Of a stretch of 64,000 bases of DNA, positions 33,420 to 41,994 are shown in pieces (position 1 is the stretch's first letter; the number at the start of each line of letters is the position of its first letter). The stretch is taken from NCBI GenBank assembly GCA_963695555.1, contig CAVOGR010000005.1, positions 32,001 to 96,000 on the forward strand. The letters run 5' to 3'. The notes beneath the pieces were generated by a model, which worked only from the letters and a program-made list of their open reading frames with translations, ran no database searches and was not told the origin of the DNA. This DNA comes from an uncultured Gemmatimonadales bacterium. GTDB taxonomy: Bacteria > Gemmatimonadota > Gemmatimonadetes > Gemmatimonadales > GWC2-71-9. Position numbers and translations under genes: made by a program.

Positions 33420-33926
33420 TTGGTCCATCTTGCGGTCATCTACGGAGCCGTGGCTCGGACGAAGGGATTCGCCGAGCCACCGCCCGAGCGTATCGTCATT
33501 CAGATAGACGATTTCCCAGCGCCGACGATAAGGACGGCCGCCGCCACACCAGGACCCGCCAGTAGCGCTTCAGTCCTCGCGGCTCCCATCATCATGCCAT
33601 CGAGTCCGGTCGCTGCGGTTCCTTCGGCGCTGCCTCCGATTGACCTGCGCCGCCAATTCGAGCCCGGGGAGTCTGCCTTGTTAGCAATGAGCAAAGGGGC
33701 GGCTGCTGGCGGGTCGGCAGGTCGCTGGCTTCCAGGCAACCGGGACAGCGTGTTCGCTGAGACGGAGCTCGGTATATCGCCGCCTGCGAGCGCATGGGTT
33801 GGCTCAGGAGGGAGTGAGGGAGTGAGGAGTGAGGAGGGTGGTCGCAACGGCGTGTTGGTCTTCCGCAAGCGTCGCGCCGAAGGACCGATAGCCGATAGCG
33901 GGGGGTGGGGAGCGGGGCAGGGATAG
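33420..33926 (+). pseudogene. Truncated TonB-like energy transducer fragment
   Basis: S-x-x-x-H TM segment (SLV/VHLAVIYGA), Pro/Ala linker, LPPIDL..VFAETEL; no TonB C-domain; runs into simple repeats. Confidence 0.45.
33810..33898 (+). repeat. Short tandem repeats (G)GGAGTGA x3 and CCGATAG x2
   Basis: Seen directly at 33810-33832 and 33885-33898. Confidence 0.6.
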
Positions 33927-33985
33927 ACCGATAACTCATCGCCGGTCTCCTTGCCGGGATTCGTGGCCCCCCGCATATTGCCGTC

Positions 33986-34183
33986 ATGAGTGCGGTTGCC
34001 CGCGAGGTTCAAGTGGCGCTGCTCCGGCGCATGACGGCCGCGCGGAAGCTCGACCTGGCTGCGCAGCTGCGGCAGGCGGCCTGGGACCTGAAGGCCGGCG
34101 CCATCCGGCGCGCACACCCCGAGTTGTCCGGCCACGAGGTTCAGGATCGGGTCCGCCGAGTCTTTCGGGATGCCGGTTCCTGA
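33986..34183 (+). CDS. Small helical protein, putative antitoxin (MenA1-like)
   Basis: 65 aa, AARKLDLA..IRRAHPE; overlaps the downstream nucleotidyltransferase start. Confidence 0.6.
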   Translation: MSAVAREVQVALLRRMTAARKLDLAAQLRQAAWDLKAGAIRRAHPELSGHEVQDRVRRVFRDAGS

Positions 34184-34858
34184 CCTGTTTGCAGCGTTCC
34201 TCCGCCCGCTCAACCAGCTGGACCTCCCCTACATGGTCACCGGAGCGGTGGCGGCCATCGTCTATGGCGAGCCTCGGCTGACTCATGATCTCGACATCGT
34301 GCTCGAGCTCGAGCCGGGCGACAGCCAGCCGACTGATAGCGGCCTTTCCCGAGACCGAGTTCTACTGCCCCCCCCGGGAAGTCATAGAGGAAGAAGCTCG
34401 GCGCGAAGTCGGACGGGCACTTCAACCTGGTCCATCTCGAATCCGCCTTGAGGGCGGATGTGTACCTTGCCGGCCGCGATCCCTTCCTGCACTGGGGGCT
34501 GGCCCGCCGGCGGCGAGAGGAGATGGGAACCGAGAGCATCACGGTCGCTCCCATGGAGTACGTGATCGTCATGAAGCTTCGCTATTTCCGCGATGGCGGG
34601 GCGGAGCGCCACCTGCGTGATATCGAACGCATGCTCGAGATCAGCGGGTCGCGGCTGGACCACAGGGCCCTGCAGCCCTGGATCGAGACGTATCAGCTGG
34701 AGTCCGAATGGGCCGCGGGTCGCCGGAGGGTACGGAAATGCGTGACTGCTGAGGGGCATTCGCGGGGAGCACAGCCAGGATCTGAGCTGGAGACTCGGAG
34801 CGGATCAAAGGTACGGTGGGCTTCGAGGGCACGAAAGGGGGGCCGGGACCCTGCCTAG
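34170..34858 (+). CDS. Nucleotidyltransferase (AbiEii/MenT-like), broken by two apparent frameshifts; true end uncertain
   Basis: YMVTGAVAAIVYGEPRLTHDLDIV; later EYVIVMKL..RHLRDI in another frame. Confidence 0.7.
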
Positions 34859-34889
34859 AGGTCGGCGCTCTTGACGCCTGGTGGTGTCT

Positions 34890-34953
34890 AGTGTACCAAT
34901 ATAGGTAACAATTGTCACCACAAAGGGTGCTGTTGTCACAATAATGGGTACGA
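34890..34953 (+). promoter_or_regulatory. Three ~21-22 bp imperfect palindromic repeats, putative operators of the HTH-MNT gene
   Basis: agtgtaccaatataggtaaca / ttgtcaccacaaagggtgctg / ttgtcacaataatgggtacga; the third overlaps ATG 34944. Confidence 0.55.
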
Positions 34954-35558
34954 CAAGGTCAGATAACGCCGCAAAGGCTCTCTTCGGGCGGACAAGGCGT
35001 AACATCCTGGCTCTTCTGTTCGGGCGGCCAGGTGAGTCGTTCTACCTGAGAGAGATCGTACGTCTTGCAGGGACAGGGACGGGCGCAGTCCAACGGGAAC
35101 TGACCAGGCTCACCGCTGCTGGTTTGCTCCGCCGATCCGCTAACGGCAACCAGGTCTACTTCGAGGCCAATCCCGACTCCCCCATCTACCAAGAGCTGCG
35201 AAGTCTCATTGTGAAAACGGCTGGCATAGCGGATGTCCTGCGCGCAGCCCTGCTACAACTCGCTGACAAGGAACGCATAAGCCTTGCGTTCATCTATGGC
35301 TCCGTTGCCTCGGCAACACAGGACCCGGGAAGTGACGTGGACCTGATAATCGTCGGCGATCTCCAGCTCTCAGCCTTGCTCCCACGTCTTCGCCAGGTGC
35401 AGGAACAGATTGGACGTGAGGTCAACCCGACCATCATTAGCGTGCCGGAGTTCACACACAAGCTCAAGATGCGAGAGCACTTTCTGCATCGAGTAATGGC
35501 GGGCGACAGGATCTTCCTGGTAGGAAACGCCGATGAGCTTGAGCAGCTGGCTCGCTAA
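34944..35558 (+). CDS. HTH + minimal nucleotidyltransferase (MNT) antitoxin
   Basis: wHTH (FYLREIVRL..AVQREL..L); GS-X10-DVD motif (YGSVASATQDPGSDVDL). Confidence 0.85.
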   Translation: MGTTRSDNAAKALFGRTRRNILALLFGRPGESFYLREIVRLAGTGTGAVQRELTRLTAAGLLRRSANGNQVYFEANPDSPIYQELRSLIVKTAGIADVLRAALLQLADKERISLAFIYGSVASATQDPGSDVDLIIVGDLQLSALLPRLRQVQEQIGREVNPTIISVPEFTHKLKMREHFLHRVMAGDRIFLVGNADELEQLAR

Positions 35559-35976
35559 CGGTTGGCTGGTTGACCACGAAGCGAGTCCCGAGGAGATCGC
35601 TGACCTGTTGGCCATTGTCGATCGAGACCTCACCGACGCCGCCATTGAGGCGCTCAGCCCAGATTGGCGCCTCGGCATAGCGTACAACGCAGCACTGCAA
35701 CTTGCGACCCTGGCGCTCGCGGCCGAGGGGTTCCGTCCCGGCCGGCAACGCGGCCATGAATACGCGCTCCGATCGCTCGCCTATACGATCGAGGCAGAGT
35801 CCGCGTTGGTGGATGTCCTTGATGGTGTACGCCGCAAGCGCAATCTGAGTCACTACGAGCGCACAGGAACGACATCTTCCGGTGAAGCACTGGAGATATA
35901 CACTCTCGCCGCACAACTTCGCGCACGAGTTGTGAGTTGGCTGCGGGACAGCCATCCCGATCTCTATCAAGCCTGA
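35533..35976 (+). CDS. HEPN-domain protein (putative toxin)
   Basis: AYNAAL, RRKRNLSHY (R-X-H/Y HEPN motif); overlaps the MNT gene. Confidence 0.75.
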   Translation: MSLSSWLANGWLVDHEASPEEIADLLAIVDRDLTDAAIEALSPDWRLGIAYNAALQLATLALAAEGFRPGRQRGHEYALRSLAYTIEAESALVDVLDGVRRKRNLSHYERTGTTSSGEALEIYTLAAQLRARVVSWLRDSHPDLYQA

Positions 35977-36165
35977 CCCAATTGCGGTGGCGGGGCCCTG
36001 GTCAATCTGAATGGGCGTGTCCACGCCCTGCGGATAGTCTGGCGTAGCATTGGGGGTGGACGCGACTTCGGGCGATTAGACCATAGCATGTCGCGTCGAT
36101 CGATGTCCCGCGTCGGCGGCTCGCGGGACCGCAAGCGGCACTAGAGCGTGTCACGTTCGCGGATC

Positions 36166-37342
36166 TTACGGTTGTCGACTCTCCTTCCGCCTGCTCATCA
36201 CCAACACCCGACCGACCTGTTTCTGCTTGCGATACCCCAACAAGTGAAACATCTGAAGCGCAACGAACCGGGCCACGCGCACGTCGATCACCAGCGTGTC
36301 GGCGAGGGTCGGGTGCCGGCGTACGCCGGGCAGCACGCGGAGCAGCTGTTCAGCGCGGGTATGACGCAGGATCCGCGACACGGTCAGCCAGAAGGGACTG
36401 AATTCCCGGATGACGAAGAAGCCATCGTCGCCCTGGGTCTGATAGAGCGGCATCAGAATCCGCCCGCCGGCGGGGGCATGGATGTCTCCCGACCGGTCCT
36501 CCGCCACCCACTCGCCTTGGGTCAGGGGTTGGAAGCTCTCGTATCCGGGCCGCATGCGAAACCGATCCTCCGGCTGGACAGGGTGGCGATACCGCACCTC
36601 GAACACCCGTGGCAGTCCTCGCCGGTTCTCTTCCAGCAAGCGTTGCGCTCGTTCGACTTCGGCCAACCGGTCGGCATTGGGCAACACGCCGCCGGCGGCC
36701 AGCGCAACCCAGACGCCGGCCTCCAGGAGATCGACTGAAGCGGGGTCTTCGTGGCGGCCGCCTTCGAACCCCATGGTGATGTAGCCGAGGCCGTTCAAGT
36801 ACTCGAGCAGGGTACCCTCGATGTGCTCTTCCAAGCCGAGGATGATCGGGGAGCGAAAGCGGAGGGCAAATGCGCGGTTTCGGAGCGTGTCGCCGACGGT
36901 GGCAAAGGCCGCACTCTTCCCCGAGGTCGTGTGGAGGTCGATGAAGAACGCACCGTGTTGCGCCCGGTCGAGTGCGGTTTCGATGGCTTCGAGCACGTCG
37001 ACCAGTTCCTGGTCTTCACTGATCGCCGGATCGGGCGGGTGACCGTTTCGGAGCGCTACGATGCGTTCGGGCTTGAAGTGTCGGTTGAGGTCGCGGTCGA
37101 TGGCCCGCTCGCCCCGGGCCAGCGCGGCCAAGTTGCCGGCCAACCCTAAGAATTCGCCCCAGATCGGAATGCGCCGGTCGTGGATCGTCTGGAAGATGCG
37201 CTCGAGCGCAGCCACACCCGCGGGCTCGTTGCCGTGCAGACCTGCCGTCGCCACCAACAGCGGGCCCGTGCGCGCGCCAACGATCCGGCCGATCAGCCGA
37301 TCGCGAAGCTGAAGGCCGGACCACAGCGGGTTCGGACGTCAC
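36166..37342 (-). CDS. Succinylglutamate desuccinylase/aspartoacylase (M14-like) hydrolase; frameshift near 5' end
   Basis: GLHGNEPAG, DRDLNR, IDLHTTS, FEGG; N-terminus LIGRIVGARTGP joins GTG 37342 via an indel. Confidence 0.85.
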
Positions 37343-39258
37343 GAGTCTTCGTGGAGCTTGTCGTGCAGCAGGCGCTCGACCATGGGCATGAAGTCGCCGA
37401 CACTGACGATGCCGACGAGTTTACCGTCCTTTACGACGGGAAGGCTTGGAATCCGGTGCCGGCGCATGAGTTCGATGGCCTCAAGGGTGGAGGTTTCCGG
37501 ATCGACCGTTGCCGGGTTGGTGTCCATGATGTCCCTGACGGGAATGGTCAGCTTCCCTTCGCGGCGGTTGCCGCTCGCCAATAAACGTAACACCGATCCG
37601 AATGACACCAGCCCGATCAGGTGATGCTCGTCGTCCTCCACCGGGACCTGCCGGATATGCTTCCAATCCATGAGCAGGGCGGCCAGGTCAACCAGCTCGT
37701 CCTCCTTCACGGTAAAAAGGTCGGTCGTCATGTACTGCTCGACCTTCAAGTAGTGGTGCTTCCAGCCGCCGCCCTCGTCGATCGACGCGAGTTTCCACTC
37801 GTGACATGGCTTGCCGCTCTGCTGGCGGTGAGCGGTTGCGGCGGTGAGCGCAGCCAGCCGCTCGCTCCGGGTGCCCTGCGAGCCCATCTGTAAGAGTGAG
37901 CGCTCGAGCCAGTGGGCCCCGGTCCGGCCGGATGCGACGCGGCTTTCGATTGCGGTGAGATATCGGTCGGTGTCGCGCCGGGCGACACCCGCGCCCCTGA
38001 GCCCCGAGTAGGCCAGGGGAATCAGATCCTTCAGGATCAATTCCCGCGCACCCACCGTTTTCCCGTCCAGCCAGGTAAAGCCGACATTGAGGCCGCGGCG
38101 GGCCGCCGCCAGCACGTTGGCCCGAGCGTCATCGAACTGGATACGCTCGGTGATGTCGGGATACCGCTCCACACCCCCGAGAACGAGCCCGACCCAGAAG
38201 GCCGCGTTGGCCACCTCGTCGAACACGCTGGGGCCGGACGGAAGTACCCGGCACTCGATTCGGAGGTGAGGCACGCCCTGGCACACGCCATAACACGGGC
38301 GGTTCCAACGGTAGACTGTGCCGTTGTACAGCTGCAGGGCCGCGAGGGTCGGCACACCGCCCGCCCGGAGCACCTCGAACGGGTCCTCCGGGTTCTTCGT
38401 CGCCATCAGCGCCGGAATCCGGGCGATGTCCTCACGGAACACCTCGAGCACGGACTGCTTGATCCACTGCTCGCCAAATCGGACCCGTGGCGTGAGTTCC
38501 CTCAGGTGGGGCGTGGTGCGACGGGTGTCGATCGATTGTTGAAAGAGTGCGATGCGGGTCTCGGCCCAGAGCCGCCGGCCGAACAAGAGCGGGGAATTGA
38601 CGCTCGCCGCGAGCACGGGCGCGGTCATCACCTGTGCCACGTTGTAGGTGTGGGCGAAGGCGTCTGGATCGACCTGGAGGTGCACCTGGAAACTGGTATT
38701 GCCGCCCTCCAGCATCACCGAGTCGTGCTCCAGGTTGAGCTCGTCCGCTCCTTGGATGTTGATGCGATAGGTGCCGCCGCGAATCCGAGTGAGTACGTCA
38801 TTGAGGACGTGGTAGCGTTCGCGCGGCGTCATGTTGTCGAGCGACAGATCGGACTTGGCCAGGGTGGGGAGAATGCCCGTGAGCACCACGTCCGCCTGGT
38901 GCTGGTGGGCCTGTGCCCGAACGGCTTCGATGTGGGCGTTGAGCCGCTGTTCCAGTTCGTGGAAACAGCGGTCCGTGAGGTCGAGCGGGTCCAGATTGAT
39001 TTCGAGGTTGAAGGCCGCGAGCTCGGTGGTGTACTCCGGCCCGGCCAGCCCTTCCAAGACCCGGAGCGCCGTCGGCGCAGGCCGCCAGCCCCGGTCGACC
39101 AGAAACAATTCCTGTTCCGCGCCGATCCGGCGCCGGCCCGACTCGATCTGGCCCTGAGCCAGCATCTGCTCCAACGCGCGCAGGTCGTTGAGCAGCGCCT
39201 TGGTGAAAATGCGAAACTCGTCCGGGCCGAGTTTCGGCGCGACCTCTAGAGTTCCCAT
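37339..39258 (-). CDS. Glutamate--cysteine ligase family 2 (GCS2) domain fused to a CBS pair
   Basis: IGAEQELFLV, TELAAFNLE, SFQVHLQV, NSPLL, RIECRVLPSGP; C-terminal MTTDLFTV..IRQVPV..LPVVKDGKLVGIVS. Confidence 0.85.
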   Translation of the reverse strand: MGTLEVAPKLGPDEFRIFTKALLNDLRALEQMLAQGQIESGRRRIGAEQELFLVDRGWRPAPTALRVLEGLAGPEYTTELAAFNLEINLDPLDLTDRCFHELEQRLNAHIEAVRAQAHQHQADVVLTGILPTLAKSDLSLDNMTPRERYHVLNDVLTRIRGGTYRINIQGADELNLEHDSVMLEGGNTSFQVHLQVDPDAFAHTYNVAQVMTAPVLAASVNSPLLFGRRLWAETRIALFQQSIDTRRTTPHLRELTPRVRFGEQWIKQSVLEVFREDIARIPALMATKNPEDPFEVLRAGGVPTLAALQLYNGTVYRWNRPCYGVCQGVPHLRIECRVLPSGPSVFDEVANAAFWVGLVLGGVERYPDITERIQFDDARANVLAAARRGLNVGFTWLDGKTVGARELILKDLIPLAYSGLRGAGVARRDTDRYLTAIESRVASGRTGAHWLERSLLQMGSQGTRSERLAALTAATAHRQQSGKPCHEWKLASIDEGGGWKHHYLKVEQYMTTDLFTVKEDELVDLAALLMDWKHIRQVPVEDDEHHLIGLVSFGSVLRLLASGNRREGKLTIPVRDIMDTNPATVDPETSTLEAIELMRRHRIPSLPVVKDGKLVGIVSVGDFMPMVERLLHDKLHEDS

Positions 39259-39369
39259 GGGCCGTTCAGTTGGAGGAATGGCGGATCCGTCCGCCGGGCT
39301 CCTGGTGTGCCAAGGTGGGAGCCGAGTCGTGGGATCTTCATTAAGTGAAGATGAAGTGTCTGCTGGGCT

Positions 39370-40953
39370 TCAGCCACCCCACAAGCGGAAGTAGAGCCTG
39401 AGGCCCATTCGCGCCGTCTTCGCCTTGGGCACTCGGCTGCCGCCGGCCCGGACGACACCCTCGTAACTCCAGTACGCCTCGACCGGGAGGCCGGGCCTCA
39501 GTTCATTGGTAGCGCTTGGACTCCGGTAGGTAATGCCGCCGCCCACTACGGTGGCGTTGACGCTACCGTCCAGGCCCAAATCGCTGGCGCTGACACCGGC
39601 AAGGGCGTCTCCCGCGGCCGCGTACGCATAGCTGTCCTCGCCGCGCGACCAGTGGCTCGCCCTTGCTTGGATGGCAAGCGTCGGGGTGATCGCGATGTAC
39701 GGCTGAATGCTCACTCGAACGATGTCGCCCGGGTCCCAGCGGACGGTGGCCAGGCGGTTGGAGAACGGGACGGGCCGCTCCGGCGCGGTGACCCGTCGTT
39801 CCAGCGTCGACGCAAACTGTCGAGTGTAACTCCCCTCGATCCGGGCACCGATCCGCCCGCGCCCGACGTCGGTAATTATGCCTAAGGCCACGTCCAGTTG
39901 CCGGTCGCCGGTGCCGAGCCCGATCAAATCGTTCGAGAGCGGGCGGTACCCGGTCGGCAGCCGGGCCATCACTTGGGCGTAGGTCCTGAACCCGCCTGGC
40001 TTCCCGGGCCGGTCCCAGCGGTCGACAAAAGCGTAGCTGGCCCCGACCTCGATGTCGCCAAGGAGAAACTCGAGCGACTCCGCGAGCGGCAACGCCGCGA
40101 TCGGTCCGGCCGGATTCTCCACGAAGTTGAGGTAGTCGGTTTCAGTGAGTGGGGTTGTAGGCAGTGGTAGTGCGCTGGAGAAGCCGGGCACGCCGAGCGT
40201 CGCGTCGAGCGTGCCCTGCAGAGCCTCGATGTCTCCGAGGATGACGGCGCCTTCCGCGCTCGACGAAAGCGGCAAGAACGGCGTTGCCGTGCCGGGTACC
40301 AACATGAGTCCGTTGAGGTCGTCCCTGAGGAGCGTGGCGTCACTCAAGGTCTGCTCCGCGAGTGCCCGGAGCGTGGGATCGCCGTCGTATTGGCCGGCGA
40401 GCAGATTGGTGTTCAGGGTAACCAGCGCGTTGTCGAGTTCGCTGAAGAACGCCGCCGCCTCGGCGGCACCGGTCTGGGTGCCGAACACCGGATCGGCGGG
40501 ATTGAACCCCGCGTTGGCACCACCGGCGTCGAACCGTTGGGCGGTCTGCACCCGTTGCCGCACGATGGGCACCGTGCCGAACAGCGTCAGCCGCTTGGTC
40601 AGGCCGAGGGCGAGGCCAATGCCCAGGGTACCGACGTTGGCATCGCCCTGGGTCGCGGTGCGCCCGATGCTCAGCCGATAGCTCGACGCGCCCGCAATCC
40701 GTCCAATCGTGGCCTCGGCCGGCAGCAAGTCAGGAAAGAACTCGGCACCGAGTGCGGCGCGCTGGAAGTCGGCAGTATAGACTTCGGTTGCGCCCCGGTT
40801 GAAGCGGCTGTCGAAGTTCCGGAAGGCACCGGTGATCTCGAACCTGACGGCGCCCCGCGGCACACCGATCGCCGGGAGCTGGGCGTGGGCGGCGGAGGGC
40901 ACGGCGGAGGTCAACGCCAGACCGAGGAGTAGTGAAGCGAGGGATTGGCGCAC
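39370..40953 (-). CDS. Secreted/outer-membrane protein of unknown function
   Basis: Signal peptide VRQSLASLLLGLALTSAVPSAAHA|Q; amphipathic beta strands; C-terminal MGLRLYFRLW. Confidence 0.65.
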   Translation of the reverse strand: MRQSLASLLLGLALTSAVPSAAHAQLPAIGVPRGAVRFEITGAFRNFDSRFNRGATEVYTADFQRAALGAEFFPDLLPAEATIGRIAGASSYRLSIGRTATQGDANVGTLGIGLALGLTKRLTLFGTVPIVRQRVQTAQRFDAGGANAGFNPADPVFGTQTGAAEAAAFFSELDNALVTLNTNLLAGQYDGDPTLRALAEQTLSDATLLRDDLNGLMLVPGTATPFLPLSSSAEGAVILGDIEALQGTLDATLGVPGFSSALPLPTTPLTETDYLNFVENPAGPIAALPLAESLEFLLGDIEVGASYAFVDRWDRPGKPGGFRTYAQVMARLPTGYRPLSNDLIGLGTGDRQLDVALGIITDVGRGRIGARIEGSYTRQFASTLERRVTAPERPVPFSNRLATVRWDPGDIVRVSIQPYIAITPTLAIQARASHWSRGEDSYAYAAAGDALAGVSASDLGLDGSVNATVVGGGITYRSPSATNELRPGLPVEAYWSYEGVVRAGGSRVPKAKTARMGLRLYFRLWGG

Positions 40954-40966
40954 GCTGAAAGTTACT

Positions 40967-40994
40967 GGGAGTAGGGAGTAGGGAGTAGGGAGTA
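40967..40994 (+). repeat. Heptamer tandem repeat (GGGAGTA)x4
   Basis: Seen directly. Confidence 0.9.
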
Positions 40995-41080
40995 GGGCTC
41001 GGCGGTTGGGCGCGGTACGGAAATGAAATGCGCAGACGATCCGCCGAACCGCCGAGCCGTCCACCCGCCGATGGCCGATG

Positions 41081-41115
41081 CCGATAGCTGATAGCCGATA
41101 GCTGATAGCTGATAG
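41081..41115 (+). repeat. Heptamer tandem repeat (CYGATAG)x5
   Basis: Seen directly. Confidence 0.9.
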
Positions 41116-41160
41116 CTTCCAAGTTGCGACCCATCCAGCGTCCCCCCATGTTACCCCACG

Positions 41161-41243
41161 GCCCGGGTGGCGAAATGGCAGACGCAAGGGACTTAAAATC
41201 CCTTGGGGGCAACCCCGTGCGGGTTCGAGTCCCGCCCCGGGCA
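41161..41243 (+). tRNA. tRNA-Leu (anticodon TAA), CCA not encoded
   Basis: GCCCGGG/CCCGGGC acceptor stem, AGGGA-CTTAAAA-TCCCT anticodon arm, long variable arm, GGTTCGAGTCC T arm, A discriminator. Confidence 0.96.
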
Positions 41244-41649
41244 TTGGTTGAGGGACGGCGACTTTACGGCCGCGCCGCAGGTTCCTTATTCGCAGTGATA
41301 TTTCCTCGGATGCGGTCCACCTCTGTGGGCCCCATGTGACCACGGACCACGACTCAAAGCGTCGTGCTCATCCCTCCGGGAACTGCCGCCGCAACCAGTC
41401 GCGGCTGCCGGGCTTCCTCCCACCTGCGCCACTGGAGAGATACTCCCCACTGGGGTAGAATCGGCCGGTCGAGAACCGGCCCCTGGACGTCCTACCAGCT
41501 CTTCTGCTCGTCCCCACCGCACATCCTAAGTTCATACCCGATCTTGGTTTATCAGCACGAAGTGCATTTCCTTCCTTTGCGTTGGGCCCTGGAGTCCGAC
41601 TCGCACGGCGATTGCTCTACCAGGGAGGAGACCAACATGACCGGAGGAT

Positions 41650-41952
41650 ATGGTGCCACCGAACAGCGGGGTAAAAGGCGGTCTCTGTTCGACCTGCGAC
41701 AACGCTCCCACCTGCAGTTATCTGCGCTCGCGCAGATACCCGGTGCTTCAGTGCGAAGAATTTACGGCTTTCACGCCGCCTGACGTCAGGACGCGGCAGC
41801 CCAGTCGGCGCAGGCCCGAAGCGGACAATCCCCACATGTCGCCGGTGAGGCCGAACCACCTCCTCGGCCTCTGCGGCACCTGTGAGGAGTGGGAGACCTG
41901 CACGTACCCACGTTTCGAGGGAGGCGTCTGGCAATGTGAGGAGTATCACTAG
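41650..41952 (+). CDS. Small protein with two Cys4 repeats (putative metal/Fe-S binding)
   Basis: GLCSTCDNAPTCSY..VLQCEEF and GLCGTCEEWETCTY..VWQCEEY. Confidence 0.75.
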   Translation: MVPPNSGVKGGLCSTCDNAPTCSYLRSRRYPVLQCEEFTAFTPPDVRTRQPSRRRPEADNPHMSPVRPNHLLGLCGTCEEWETCTYPRFEGGVWQCEEYH

Positions 41953-41994
41953 CTCGACGGCGGCTCGGATCGGAGGACTGAAGGGCGTGACCCG

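Noticed and set aside
40967..41115. Possible CRISPR array
   Set aside because: 7-bp tandem units without spacers; no cas genes in the window
40954..41343. N-terminal 130 aa of ORF 39370-41343
   Set aside because: It reads through the antisense tRNA and heptamer repeats; the signal peptide indicates a start at 40953
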